Origin: a virus
IMG/VR virus record: IMGVR_UViG_3300023179_000062
Coordinates: 1 to 64,000 of that record
Strand: one strand, 5' to 3'
DNA length: 64,000 nt
The position numbers and the translations under genes are program-made. How positions within the stretch are numbered: position 1 is the first letter of the stretch; the number at the start of each line of letters is the position of its first letter. Below are positions 48,341 through 58,581 of this stretch, piece by piece. The notes beneath the pieces were generated by a model. The model made no database searches and was not told the DNA's origin. It was given only the letters and a program-made list of their open reading frames with translations.

Positions 48341-48967
48341 TTACCATTCTTGTTCGTATCCATAAAACTCTTTATCTTCTTCATATTCGGGGGTATAGGC
48401 TCCATTATATTTTTTAGATGATTGTGGAGATAATGAATGCCATCCATATGTCTTTTTAGGTGATTGTAAGGATACCCCGTGCCAGCCTTGAAGCTCTTTA
48501 TTAATTTCATCATAATCTGTAAGAACATCATATTCTTCAGAGGATGCATCATCATTTGCATCATAGATTGCCTCCATAAGTTTTTCTCTAGCACGTTTAG
48601 TATGATCAGGAATAACTGTTTGGTCTTCCGCAAACAAAGCAATGCCTTCTTTATTTTTCATGAAACTTCTTGCGCCCTTCTTAACAACACGACCATGTTT
48701 TTGCCATGCGTCAAAAGTTCGAAAAAAAGTATAAACATAAAAATATTCAATTACCCAAGTAGGCAATTTACTTTTAGTATCAGCTAAAAGATCATCAAAT
48801 AATCGTTTAGCACGGGCTTTATGTCCTGTTTCGATTTTGTTATAAACTAATCGAATTTTACCAAATTCTTCAATATTAGTTACCCCATAATAATTGTTAT
48901 AATTATGCCAGCAATACCATAGCGTAGCTTGCTCGTCTCCAATGCGTTCTTTTATTGTTTTATTCAT
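48341..48967 (-). CDS. hypothetical protein with ArdC-N-like motif
   Basis: FRTFDAWQKHGRVVKKGARS resembles the TFxQWxxxGxxVKKGE motif; acidic C-terminus. Confidence 0.55.
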   Translation of the reverse strand: MNKTIKERIGDEQATLWYCWHNYNNYYGVTNIEEFGKIRLVYNKIETGHKARAKRLFDDLLADTKSKLPTWVIEYFYVYTFFRTFDAWQKHGRVVKKGARSFMKNKEGIALFAEDQTVIPDHTKRAREKLMEAIYDANDDASSEEYDVLTDYDEINKELQGWHGVSLQSPKKTYGWHSLSPQSSKKYNGAYTPEYEEDKEFYGYEQEW

Positions 48968-48968
48968 A

Positions 48969-49463
48969 TTAAAATTTTCTCCTTTTATCTATAACTTTGA
49001 CTGGTTCTGGATTAAATGATAGATAATATTCTTTCATTAACTTGAACAATGTAGTGTTTGGAACGGCGATTCTTCTACCGTCTCCTGTCCATTCATATCC
49101 CAATAATTCCATACAGAATTGTGCTACAGCGGCTGAACGAGACTTTCCTGCGCGACAGTTAACAAACACATGTTTATTTTTATGTGCTAAGATGAAATCT
49201 ACGATAGTTTTTGCGTCTTTTTCATTAGGAGGATATAAGAAAATTTCTTTATCATCCCCTCCTATAGCTGGTACTGGAACAGTTAAATCCCAAAAATTGA
49301 TATGCAGGTTAGGCAGATCATCTAAAAATGGATTTCTAACTGCATCGTAAGACATATGAGCATGACCCGGTTCACCTATGGCAATCCAAATGGCTTTATC
49401 AGGATCGACATAAGTTGACCAATCTCTCATGGTTCTTCGAGGAAAATTAACTACCGTTGTCAT
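48969..49463 (-). CDS. Cys-based (PTP/dual-specificity) phosphatase
   Basis: VNCRAGKSRSAA CX5R P-loop; sigma70-like promoter upstream. Confidence 0.85.
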   Translation of the reverse strand: MTTVVNFPRRTMRDWSTYVDPDKAIWIAIGEPGHAHMSYDAVRNPFLDDLPNLHINFWDLTVPVPAIGGDDKEIFLYPPNEKDAKTIVDFILAHKNKHVFVNCRAGKSRSAAVAQFCMELLGYEWTGDGRRIAVPNTTLFKLMKEYYLSFNPEPVKVIDKRRKF

Positions 49464-49538
49464 GATATTAGCATAACATATTATCCAAAGTTAAGCAAAT
49501 TATTGTTTTATTTAAAACAAATCAATAAATATTAAATT

Positions 49539-49706
49539 ATGACTAGCGAAGCCCAATCACATATTCAGAAGTTTCTATATAATTTATCTATGGAGAATTA
49601 TTCAGATGCAGATAAAAATCTTAACAATCTTGTAAAACAGAAGGTAGATCGAAGATTTAATGATGCAACGGAGAAGGTTAAGAGTGATTTAACGAAGATA
49701 AAATAA
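49539..49706 (+). CDS. 55-aa helical protein, probable prohead core component (gp67/gp68-like position)
   Basis: ORF MTSEAQSHIQ...LTKIK with TAAATA upstream, directly before the scaffold gene. Confidence 0.55.
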   Translation: MTSEAQSHIQKFLYNLSMENYSDADKNLNNLVKQKVDRRFNDATEKVKSDLTKIK

Positions 49707-49741
49707 TAGAAAATATAACTATTTCAATAAATAATCCTTAT

Positions 49742-50650
49742 ATGTTAAATGAATTACAACCTATTTTTGAGCAGATTGATAAAAATCTCTTTAATGAAGA
49801 CACCATGCAGAAGATTGCATCAATCGTTGAATCTAAAGTCAACGAAAAAGTTGAGTCCCGTGTAACCCTTGAAGTTGAATCTGCTAAACAGATACAGGAA
49901 GAAGATTACACTAACAAGATGCAACACCTTGTAAAAGTTATCAAAGAAAATATTGATAAAGACCATTTAGCTAAAATTAAATTTGTAGTTGAAAAAATCA
50001 ACACAGATCATATGGACAAGCTTATTAAGCTTAAAGAAAACTATGAAAACCTCTTAAAGAAAACTGCCGTGGAGCACAAGATGCAATTGGTAGAAGGCGT
50101 TGATGCGTTTTTGGAAAAGTATATTGACAAGAATCTTCCTTCCCAAGTAATAGAAGAAGCTGCAAAAAATACTCACGTTTCAAATCTTCTAAATGAAGCC
50201 CGTAAGGTTCTTGCAGTTGATCCTACTTTTGTTAAAGATAATATTAAAGAAGCCATCGTGGATGGTAAGAAACAAGTGGATCGTCTCATTCGTGAAAATG
50301 CTGAATTGAAACAAGCAAAAGCATCCGAAGAAACTTCAAGATTCCTTGCAGAGAAGACCGCAAATCTTCCTCTAAATACAGCAAAATTTGTACGTAGTCG
50401 TTTAGCAAATAAACCACTAAAAGTAGTTAAAGAAAACTTTGACTACGTTGTTGAAATGTTTTCGGTTCAAGAAAAGAAAAATAAAGTTTCTTTAGTGAAT
50501 GAAAACAAACAACCTATTTCTAACGTTGATCGGTCTAAAATTTCCGGTGATGCAACAACAATAATTGAAAGTACTGAAAAGAGACAACCCCTATCTTCTG
50601 CAAATCCGCTAGAAGATATGTATATGGGCATCCTTAATTCACGAAATTAA
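49742..50650 (+). CDS. gp22: prohead core scaffold protein
   Basis: Coiled-coil, LVEGVDAFLE motif, immediately upstream of gp23. Confidence 0.8.
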   Translation: MLNELQPIFEQIDKNLFNEDTMQKIASIVESKVNEKVESRVTLEVESAKQIQEEDYTNKMQHLVKVIKENIDKDHLAKIKFVVEKINTDHMDKLIKLKENYENLLKKTAVEHKMQLVEGVDAFLEKYIDKNLPSQVIEEAAKNTHVSNLLNEARKVLAVDPTFVKDNIKEAIVDGKKQVDRLIRENAELKQAKASEETSRFLAEKTANLPLNTAKFVRSRLANKPLKVVKENFDYVVEMFSVQEKKNKVSLVNENKQPISNVDRSKISGDATTIIESTEKRQPLSSANPLEDMYMGILNSRN

Positions 50651-50675
50651 TAGATAAACACTAAATATAAAATAT

Positions 50676-52232
50676 ATGGTAAATCCATCATCACAATACG
50701 TAGACAGTGCCCCAGCCTTTATCAACAAGGATCGTGGGCGTTCCCTAATCAATAAATGGAGTAAAATACTCGAATTCACTGACAGCCAAACCGCGCCAAT
50801 CGTGGGCTATCAAAAACAATTGGCAACATCAATCATTCTTGAGAACCAAGAAAACTACCTCAAACAACAAGGTTTCCTACGTCCTAACGTGATTCAGGAA
50901 AACGGTATGATCGCAGGTGGAGCATTTGCTTCAACTCCGTTCGGTGGTGGTACCGCTGGTACTGCACCAACCGTTAACGGTCAATACGGTAATGCTTTGG
51001 GTGCTTCCGATTGGTATGCTCCCGGTGATGCACGTCTTCCTAAGACTCTCATTCCTATGATCCGTCGTACTTTCCCTGAGTTAATCACTCATGAAATCGT
51101 CGGTGTTCAGCCAATGAGCGGTCCAGTAGGTCTTGCTTTCGCACTTCGTTATCAATATGACCAATCTGCTCTTGCATGTAGTCCATATGACGACAAGAAT
51201 TGTACATCCCCTAACTCTAAGTGGAATCCTAACGGTCAACCATTTAACACCAACCATTTAGGTTCCGGTGAAGCTGGTTATCAAAAGTTATACACCGCAC
51301 ATACAGGTATCACCGCTGCTGGTCTATCAGGTAATTCTGATTTCTCCATCCCAGCTATTGATTCTGGTGTTGCTCAACTTCTTAGTCACTTTGAAGCAAG
51401 CAGCAATATTCCTACTATGTCTCTTAAGATCGAAAAGACTGCTGTTGAAGCAGGTACTCGTAAGCTTGGAACTAGCTGGTCTATGGAACTTGAACAAGAC
51501 TTGATGAACATGAATGGTATCGACATTGATGCTGAAATGACAAACGCGATGAGCTATGAAATTCAGGCAGAAATCGACCGTGAAATGGTTATCCGTATGA
51601 TCCAAGTTGCCCTCAATGCAGGTCAAGGTACAGGTTATTCCGTCTGGAAGCCACAGCTTGCCGATGCTCGCTGGTTCGGTGAAAGAGGCGTAGACTTCTA
51701 TGCTAAGATCGTTGTGGAAGCTAACAGAATGGCTATTCGTAATCGTCGTGGTCCAGCTAACTTCATCGTTGCTACTCCGAAGGTTTGCACCATTCTTCAG
51801 TTGCTCCCTGAATTCCGTCCGTTTGAAGTAAGTTCCAACATCCAAGTTCACCCAAATGGTGTCGCTCGCGTTGGTTCCCTTGCAGGACAGTTCAACATCT
51901 ATCGTGACACTCGTTCCGAAGCGCAGTATCTTGCAGGTGTTCGTGCAACTTCTATTGAATATGCACTTCTAGGTTACAAAGGTTCTGAATTCTATGACAC
52001 AGGTATCGTGTATTGCCCATACATCCCTGTTCTTGTTCAGAGAACAATTAGCCCTCACACCATGACACCAAATGTCGGTATGATGACTCGTTACGGTGTT
52101 ATTGACTCTCTATGGGGTGCTTCAAACTTCTATCACATCATCATTGTGAAAGATATTGATCGCAATCACTATAGCTCAAGCTTAACTCCAACCTCTGCTG
52201 CAACTCTTCCAGTCTATTCAGTTTCTAACTAA
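50676..52232 (+). CDS. gp23: major capsid protein
   Basis: KW..IL, ILENQ, GVQPMSGPVGL.FALR, ELEQDL, EIDRE, YCPYIP and MTRYG motifs. Confidence 0.97.
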   Translation: MVNPSSQYVDSAPAFINKDRGRSLINKWSKILEFTDSQTAPIVGYQKQLATSIILENQENYLKQQGFLRPNVIQENGMIAGGAFASTPFGGGTAGTAPTVNGQYGNALGASDWYAPGDARLPKTLIPMIRRTFPELITHEIVGVQPMSGPVGLAFALRYQYDQSALACSPYDDKNCTSPNSKWNPNGQPFNTNHLGSGEAGYQKLYTAHTGITAAGLSGNSDFSIPAIDSGVAQLLSHFEASSNIPTMSLKIEKTAVEAGTRKLGTSWSMELEQDLMNMNGIDIDAEMTNAMSYEIQAEIDREMVIRMIQVALNAGQGTGYSVWKPQLADARWFGERGVDFYAKIVVEANRMAIRNRRGPANFIVATPKVCTILQLLPEFRPFEVSSNIQVHPNGVARVGSLAGQFNIYRDTRSEAQYLAGVRATSIEYALLGYKGSEFYDTGIVYCPYIPVLVQRTISPHTMTPNVGMMTRYGVIDSLWGASNFYHIIIVKDIDRNHYSSSLTPTSAATLPVYSVSN

Positions 52233-52260
52233 TAGCTAAAGAAGAAAAGAAAAATCCACG

Positions 52261-52291
52261 AAAACCCGCTCAATTGAGCGGGTTTTCTTTT
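52261..52291 (+). terminator. bidirectional Rho-independent terminator after gp23
   Basis: AAAACCCGCTC-aatt-GAGCGGGTTTT. Confidence 0.9.
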
Positions 52292-52828
52292 TTACCCGTG
52301 ATTGATTTTAAAATAATGTTTATTTTTAGCAAGTGTAATAGATGCTGCCACGGTATCAGATAATTGATCATAAATTCTATCATCAATTGCAAGATTATTT
52401 TTTTCGGCGGCATCGGCTCTCCACATAATATCAAGATATGTCATTCTATAGGCATCATTTGGACGACCATATACCACTTTACTTCTATCTCTGGCTATCC
52501 AATATCCATGTTCCCAATTAGTGGTTAGTCCAATTAGTTCTCTTGTTCTAGGAATCCAAAACATGATACAATCAGCAATTTTCAATCCAGCAAATTCCCA
52601 TTCAGGAATATCATACCGATATTGATCCGATTCAAACTTACTAGTAAATTCAGGAACAACAAGTGTTCCATCAAATCCTTGACGTTCAAATTCTTCAATA
52701 GCAGCAAATCGCCATGAAGTTAAGTGGGTTTGATTACCTCTTACAGTTGGTCCCGCAAGAAAAACAATAGGTTTATCAAGGTATTGTTCAAATTCTGTTT
52801 CAGGAGTTTCATATCTAAGTACATTCAT
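52292..52828 (-). CDS. nucleoside 2-deoxyribosyltransferase-like protein
   Basis: VFLAGP...SWR...EWE..GL..AD.IMFW.PR...TTNWEHG. Confidence 0.8.
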   Translation of the reverse strand: MNVLRYETPETEFEQYLDKPIVFLAGPTVRGNQTHLTSWRFAAIEEFERQGFDGTLVVPEFTSKFESDQYRYDIPEWEFAGLKIADCIMFWIPRTRELIGLTTNWEHGYWIARDRSKVVYGRPNDAYRMTYLDIMWRADAAEKNNLAIDDRIYDQLSDTVAASITLAKNKHYFKINHG

Positions 52829-52831
52829 AAT

Positions 52832-53017
52832 TTAATAAGTGTCAATAATTTCTTTAGCTTCTTGTTCTGTCATTCCTAACGAGATTAACCATTTAATCTC
52901 TTCTTCATATGTCATTGGTGATGGACGCGGAGTAGGGTATGAGATACAAATGAGCCATAAAATGGGTATCCCTAATGCTAGTATGCCGAATAAACTTCCT
53001 ATTATAATATGCCACAT
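52832..53017 (-). CDS. small membrane protein
   Basis: N-terminal TM helix; co-oriented with neighbours. Confidence 0.6.
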   Translation of the reverse strand: MWHIIIGSLFGILALGIPILWLICISYPTPRPSPMTYEEEIKWLISLGMTEQEAKEIIDTY

Positions 53018-53020
53018 AAG

Positions 53021-53584
53021 TTAATAAGGGAAAACATGTTTATCATAGTGTTTTTCACATGCGGTTCTACAAAAATCAATTTCATCTTCTGAAACGGGTC
53101 TAAAATGCCATGCATCAACTCCAACGTTAATCATATTCTTCTGAACTTTCCATAATCCATGTATATGTCCGGTTAATGAAAATTCCTTATTGATGCATTT
53201 GGTAGGATAGTGGTTTAGATAATATTCTCTACCTTTAATTTCGATGGTTCTGTCTTCTACAATTTCATGAAAAATCTTGGACAAATAATCTATTTTATCA
53301 TCATCATAATTGCCTTTAATGAGAGTTAATTTGGAATCTGGGTACATTTTAAAGAAATTATCTCTAAAGTAGATATCCAGTCTATAAGTCTCTTCGGTGA
53401 GAGAATATACTACATCTCCTAAATGGTATAGCTCGTCTCCATTGTGGAATATATCAGAGAATTTATCTAAAATATGATACCTCTGCTCATATGTAGAGGG
53501 AAATGGTCTATAGAATAGATTTGGTTTCCCGTTTACTCCTATTCTATCTTCATTTAAGTGCCAATCACTTGTAAAATATCTCAT
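53021..53584 (-). CDS. calcineurin-like metallophosphoesterase
   Basis: TSDWH, HLGD, GNYD, HYP, GHIH and NVGVD motifs; TTGACA-17-TAACAT promoter upstream. Confidence 0.9.
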   Translation of the reverse strand: MRYFTSDWHLNEDRIGVNGKPNLFYRPFPSTYEQRYHILDKFSDIFHNGDELYHLGDVVYSLTEETYRLDIYFRDNFFKMYPDSKLTLIKGNYDDDKIDYLSKIFHEIVEDRTIEIKGREYYLNHYPTKCINKEFSLTGHIHGLWKVQKNMINVGVDAWHFRPVSEDEIDFCRTACEKHYDKHVFPY

Positions 53585-53625
53585 GTGGGTATGTTACCAC
53601 ATACATATAGGCGTGTCAACGTATA

Positions 53626-54507
53626 TTACATGACATATATACTACCTATTGACGAACCTAATAATGCATCAATGTCATTATTAATATCATTTTCAGAATT
53701 AGATAATATATCATCTAATTCTTCCGTTAATTCTGGTGTCATTTGTTTTGCCACAGGTCCGCTAGGTTTCCCCCATGCATGAGATATTGGTAATATTCTA
53801 GGGAAATTTCTATTCAAGCTTATTTTTCCTGTGATTATATATTGTGCAATTAATTCAAATGTAAATTCGGCATCATTTCGTATATTCTTATCTCTAGCAG
53901 ATTTGAATGTTCCTAAAGCATGCGCTAATTCATTTCGTAATTTACGATCATCTGTTTCAAATCCTCCATAATCACCATAAGATGATATTCTCTTTTTTAG
54001 AGATTGTTTATTATATATGGTACGTGCAATAGTCAATAATAATCTATTAATAGTATCTATTAATTCTTTATAATGATGAGTTGTGCCATTGAATCTTTTA
54101 TGACTGGTGTGTGTTCTAGCAAGTGCATGTCCTAATCTATGAGCTATTGTCCATGCAGTCATTGGCATCTTTTCGTCACCTTTATTATTCACAAAAATAA
54201 TTGTAATTTTATTAGGGTCATTTTGAATGTTTAATTTTAAATTATCTCTGACAAAATCTGGAGATACTCTGCCCAATTCCCCACTTTTATTACCTTCCGA
54301 GGAGCGTAGAAAATACAAGTCAAAATCGAAAGCCGTTTTCTCCCACTTCTTTTTAATTTTTTCTAAACCTTTAGGATTTTTTAAAATATTTATAGAGGCT
54401 TTGTCATATCCATATTTTTTAGCACTGTCTCCCCAATCACCTTTTAACTCAATATTATCTATTGAGTCTTCTTTGATTAATAGTTGATATAATTGATGTA
54501 ATGTCAT
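53626..54507 (-). CDS. hypothetical protein with HExxH-like (HRLGH) motif
   Basis: MTAWTIAHRLGHA...E..FEL.AQY; leader MTLHQLYQLLIKED. Confidence 0.6.
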   Translation of the reverse strand: MTLHQLYQLLIKEDSIDNIELKGDWGDSAKKYGYDKASINILKNPKGLEKIKKKWEKTAFDFDLYFLRSSEGNKSGELGRVSPDFVRDNLKLNIQNDPNKITIIFVNNKGDEKMPMTAWTIAHRLGHALARTHTSHKRFNGTTHHYKELIDTINRLLLTIARTIYNKQSLKKRISSYGDYGGFETDDRKLRNELAHALGTFKSARDKNIRNDAEFTFELIAQYIITGKISLNRNFPRILPISHAWGKPSGPVAKQMTPELTEELDDILSNSENDINNDIDALLGSSIGSIYVM

Positions 54508-54515
54508 AACATTAT

Positions 54516-55049
54516 TTACACATCTATAACTATACCGTTTGCTTCTTTAATCTTCTGTTCAGCTTTCTTCTTATCTTCATCTGATCCGAATAAACTATTA
54601 AAAATAGATTCTCTGGTAGCAATAATGAATGTGTTATTCTGAGGATTAGCTGCACCATTGGTTAACTCAGGTGTAACCATTTTATTATTAATACTCTTTT
54701 CCTTAAGATCAAGATCACGGGTTTTAAGTTCTTTATTCTGATCCATTTTTCTCTTTTCGATGACAACTCCAACCATATTCTTAATTAATTCAGATTGGCT
54801 TTTTACTACAGCCGCATGCGCCTCAATATATTCAGATGTCCCTACTTGGTTCACTAAATCTTTAGTCTGTTCCATAACTTCAGCATTTGAGTCAATTGTT
54901 TGACGTAATTTATTCATCAAGTAATTATATGTCTCATCATCAGTTAAATTTTCAACTGGTGTTGCCTTAACTTCATTGTTTACTTGTTTGGCAGTGCTTA
55001 GAGAATTAAGCACATCGTCTAAGTCTGGTTGATTAGATGCATCTATCAT
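54516..55049 (-). CDS. gp16: terminase small subunit, gp16-like
   Basis: Helical core and C-terminal NNTFIIATRE resemble the gp16 NNxxFVGSTxEL motif. Confidence 0.6.
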   Translation of the reverse strand: MIDASNQPDLDDVLNSLSTAKQVNNEVKATPVENLTDDETYNYLMNKLRQTIDSNAEVMEQTKDLVNQVGTSEYIEAHAAVVKSQSELIKNMVGVVIEKRKMDQNKELKTRDLDLKEKSINNKMVTPELTNGAANPQNNTFIIATRESIFNSLFGSDEDKKKAEQKIKEANGIVIDV

Positions 55050-55097
55050 AAGTACTATTTAATTTATTATAATAATAAATCAATGTAAATACTATGT

Positions 55098-55361
55098 ATG
55101 GAATCTCCGCAACTAGAAAATCTGTACGAATCAATATTGAACACCTCTCTTCCAAAACCCGAAGAAATTATAGGACGTTTTATAGCAAAGGCTCATGGGG
55201 GATTATCATCTTCTCTTACTAGTCTGCAACAAGTACAGGATCAGTTGAAGCGTTTAGAAAATTCTGAGGTTTTGCAACAAGCAATCACTCAGTATATATC
55301 TGACATCAAAGCAGTACAAGATAATGTTAATAGTCATTTTGCTAGATATTTTCATAATTAA
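55098..55361 (+). CDS. small coiled-coil protein
   Basis: Leader LENLYESIL; TAAATA upstream. Confidence 0.6.
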   Translation: MESPQLENLYESILNTSLPKPEEIIGRFIAKAHGGLSSSLTSLQQVQDQLKRLENSEVLQQAITQYISDIKAVQDNVNSHFARYFHN

Positions 55362-55377
55362 TAATAAAAAATAACAA

Positions 55378-55410
55378 TAAAAAAGGCGGGGATTTCTCCC
55401 CGCCTTTTTT
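55378..55410. terminator. bidirectional terminator
   Basis: AAAAAAGGCGGGGA-tttc-TCCCCGCCTTTTTT between convergent genes. Confidence 0.9.
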
Positions 55411-55420
55411 GTTTAATTTA

Positions 55421-58400
55421 TTAGAATATCTCGTTAAGAGTTACTCCGGTTCTGTTGATTACAAGGTCTGCAATGATCATCTTGATAGTGCGTGTTGGTT
55501 GCACATACACGGCTACTCTCATTAATCCTTGGTCGATACTTTCCGCAGTATTATTGCGTTCATCAACTACGATATCATATCCATATAAACCTGCATTATC
55601 TTTCATGAAGTTAAGAATAGGACTGAGTTTATTCTTAACTCTTGTGCGAGTAATGATGGTGTTAGGTTGTCCGATAAACTCATACAAGTTATCTTGTAGA
55701 GAATTAGCTAACCATAGAAGACCTCTACGAATATAGTTTTCTTGTAATGCGCTTGGTTCTTTTTGAAGAGTCAAGGTATTATATACGAGATAACCAGTAT
55801 TAGGGAACTTAAGAATTGGGTTAATTCCAAGTTTAGTGATCAAGTCCATTTCACGTTGATTTGGATTGATAGCTAAATCTACAACATTTGCAAGTGCTCC
55901 GTTCTTAGCACCTAATGCGGCAGTCCATGGGTATTGATTCTGATCGTTTCGTGCATAGAGTGCTGCTTTATAGGCAGAAGGGCCGAACCATGCATAAGAG
56001 TCAGTGTTCATAGAATATCCTTTAATCCAGTTAGCATGGCTTTCTGAATAGTTGGAATCGGTTCCTGCAAAAAGGTTACGAAGGGGTGCCCAAATATTTC
56101 TGCTGAATGATGCATACTTTTCAGTAGGTTGTCCAGTAGAAGATTCAAGAATTAAACCTTTTTGACGGTTAGCCACTTTATAATCTTTACCATTTACGAA
56201 GATTTGACGAAGAGGGTCTTGAATATGTAAGTGTCCTACTCCACCATTTGCTTTACGAGTAAAGCGAGCAAAGGAATCGAAGATATTATATATTGTAGTC
56301 CATGCATCAATGATAGGAGAGTTCATCGAAGTACCATCATAAGGTGATAGAGAATCGGTGTCTACGAAATAAGAATCGTCATAGTTGTAACAGATACTTG
56401 TATTTGTGATACAGTTATCGTTTGATACACTTGCGCGAGTTGCCCATATAGTAGAAAGTCCGTTATCAATTGTGATATCAATTGGGTATTGGAGAGGATT
56501 TTCAACATTCACTAAAGCTCTTTCAAGTTTAGCAGGAAGATTACCTATATCTTTCTTCTGGCACATAGTATAGAGAGAATCTCTACAATAGCCATTATAA
56601 GCACCTACACCGTATAGGTTATCACCGTATGCAGCAAGTTGTGCCTCTGCATCGAAGTTATCAAATACCCCTCCGGTTTGTTCGCGGAACATTCTAACTG
56701 TTTTCTGTGGAACACCTTTAGAATCTGCCCAGCAATTGTTATTGGAGAGATATGGGTTAATCATAACTTTCAAATAATTGCTATTTGAAACGGATTTTTC
56801 AAGGAAGTATGAGCGAGGAGGACCACCGTATGAATCATTTACTTTTCTGTCTGCATTGAGAGAACCAGTAAACTGTTCAACTTTAATCTGATCAAGTTTA
56901 TTGATAGTTTCAGTCAATTGTGTTGGACGTAGTTTGAATAGAGTTACTGTAAGAGAATCATTATAATTCTTGCTGCTGAAATCTATACCGCCACCGTTTT
57001 CGACTATTTCGGAAATTGATCCAGCCGCACCATTAAAGGTTTGACTAGTGTGGAAATTCCAACGTTCGGATGGAACATGAATCCAATTACCAGATACACC
57101 GGGACATACTTCTTGATAGTAACCTGCAACACTTGTGATGGAGTTGAAATCAGTAGAAGGATTTACATTTAGATTGTCATTTATGGCAAGATAGAATCCG
57201 CTAAAATCTTCAAGTTGGGCTGTTTTTGCAGTATTTACTACCACGATACCTGCACGAACATCATTATTGATGATATCCAAGCTTGGGGATGCATTTTCAT
57301 ATGCACCGCATTTCCAATTGAATTGTTCATTTTGAAGTAGGGTATATTCAGTTGCATTAAGTGTTTTACTGATAGGTTCACCTAAAACATAGAAGTTTGC
57401 ATCGTTTAACTGTGCATCACCTGCTACAGGATAGAAGTTATACTTATCAGCTTCAGGAACTTGTAGATTTAATGCGGTTATTGTGCTGCACGACAAACCT
57501 GCATCAACAGGCACACCACAGAAGGAGATTAAGAAATCAAGAGTGGTAGCATCTTTTGCAGATGTAGCAACCGTAATATTTGTTCCGGTTGTTATTGCAG
57601 AAAGGATAGAAACAGTTGTTTTATAAGTTCCTGCAACATCCGAATTAGCATTGAAATATTTCAATACAGGATTATTTGCAATGGAATATGTACCGAAAAC
57701 ATCACCTGCACTCACATATAAACCAGTCAAAGTTTGACCAGAAAGTAAACCAGAATTAACATTATAAGTTCTTGCAAAGCTAGCATCTGTTAAATCAACA
57801 ATAAGACGTTTACCGTCATTTGATAGATGTGATTGATCTTCGTCTTTAGACACATAGATAGAGTCGAGAGAGAAAGCAGTAACAACCGAATAGGTAGTAT
57901 CCAATCCATTAACTGTAGGACGAAGTTGGAAAACCTTTAAATCTTCAGGAACGCTATCGCTATCAACTACGAATTTGAAACCAGTAATGATCGAATTGTA
58001 TTGAACTGGATGATCGTGGATATATAGCTTCCCTGCTTCTTCGTTGGAAGAATTGAGGGGGCAATTTAAATTGGCAGAACCATAGCAGATAGACGGACTT
58101 ACAAAGTAAGAACTATATAACCATGGGAATTTGACACGGCATGAAGCTTCGTCGATGGAACGGAAATAATCACATGGGCTAACCTCTACAGCAGATACCC
58201 CGATAACAGGGAAAATAAGAGTGTTTACAGAATCAGAGTATCCAAGACCTGCACCGGAACCATATGGCATACGGGTAAAGAGGACGGATGCATCAGAAGT
58301 GTTTAGAAGTTGACTAATTGCATTATATGTATATTTTTCAGCGGATGTTTGAGGCAACCCAAAAAGTTGTTCAAATTCGGCTACCGATGATACTGATGTG

Positions 58401-58540
58401 GGTTCATCAGAAATACCTTGTGATGCGAAACCTGCAAAGAAAACATTAGTTCCTGCGCGAGTGACAGTTGATCCAGATACGTCAATTTCTCTGATAGCGA
58501 CTCCCGGTGAATTTAAAATAGTATTAAGACTTGATGCCAT
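55421..58540 (-). CDS. gp18: tail sheath protein (enlarged)
   Basis: SPGV.IREID, FG.P, PW.A..G...G, INPI, RRGLL, F.G.PN...TR, VDERNNT and QPTRT motifs. Confidence 0.95.
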   Translation of the reverse strand: MASSLNTILNSPGVAIREIDVSGSTVTRAGTNVFFAGFASQGISDEPTSVSSVAEFEQLFGLPQTSAEKYTYNAISQLLNTSDASVLFTRMPYGSGAGLGYSDSVNTLIFPVIGVSAVEVSPCDYFRSIDEASCRVKFPWLYSSYFVSPSICYGSANLNCPLNSSNEEAGKLYIHDHPVQYNSIITGFKFVVDSDSVPEDLKVFQLRPTVNGLDTTYSVVTAFSLDSIYVSKDEDQSHLSNDGKRLIVDLTDASFARTYNVNSGLLSGQTLTGLYVSAGDVFGTYSIANNPVLKYFNANSDVAGTYKTTVSILSAITTGTNITVATSAKDATTLDFLISFCGVPVDAGLSCSTITALNLQVPEADKYNFYPVAGDAQLNDANFYVLGEPISKTLNATEYTLLQNEQFNWKCGAYENASPSLDIINNDVRAGIVVVNTAKTAQLEDFSGFYLAINDNLNVNPSTDFNSITSVAGYYQEVCPGVSGNWIHVPSERWNFHTSQTFNGAAGSISEIVENGGGIDFSSKNYNDSLTVTLFKLRPTQLTETINKLDQIKVEQFTGSLNADRKVNDSYGGPPRSYFLEKSVSNSNYLKVMINPYLSNNNCWADSKGVPQKTVRMFREQTGGVFDNFDAEAQLAAYGDNLYGVGAYNGYCRDSLYTMCQKKDIGNLPAKLERALVNVENPLQYPIDITIDNGLSTIWATRASVSNDNCITNTSICYNYDDSYFVDTDSLSPYDGTSMNSPIIDAWTTIYNIFDSFARFTRKANGGVGHLHIQDPLRQIFVNGKDYKVANRQKGLILESSTGQPTEKYASFSRNIWAPLRNLFAGTDSNYSESHANWIKGYSMNTDSYAWFGPSAYKAALYARNDQNQYPWTAALGAKNGALANVVDLAINPNQREMDLITKLGINPILKFPNTGYLVYNTLTLQKEPSALQENYIRRGLLWLANSLQDNLYEFIGQPNTIITRTRVKNKLSPILNFMKDNAGLYGYDIVVDERNNTAESIDQGLMRVAVYVQPTRTIKMIIADLVINRTGVTLNEIF

Positions 58541-58581
58541 ATATCATACTATTTATAATATTCCAAAAAAATCCTTATTTA

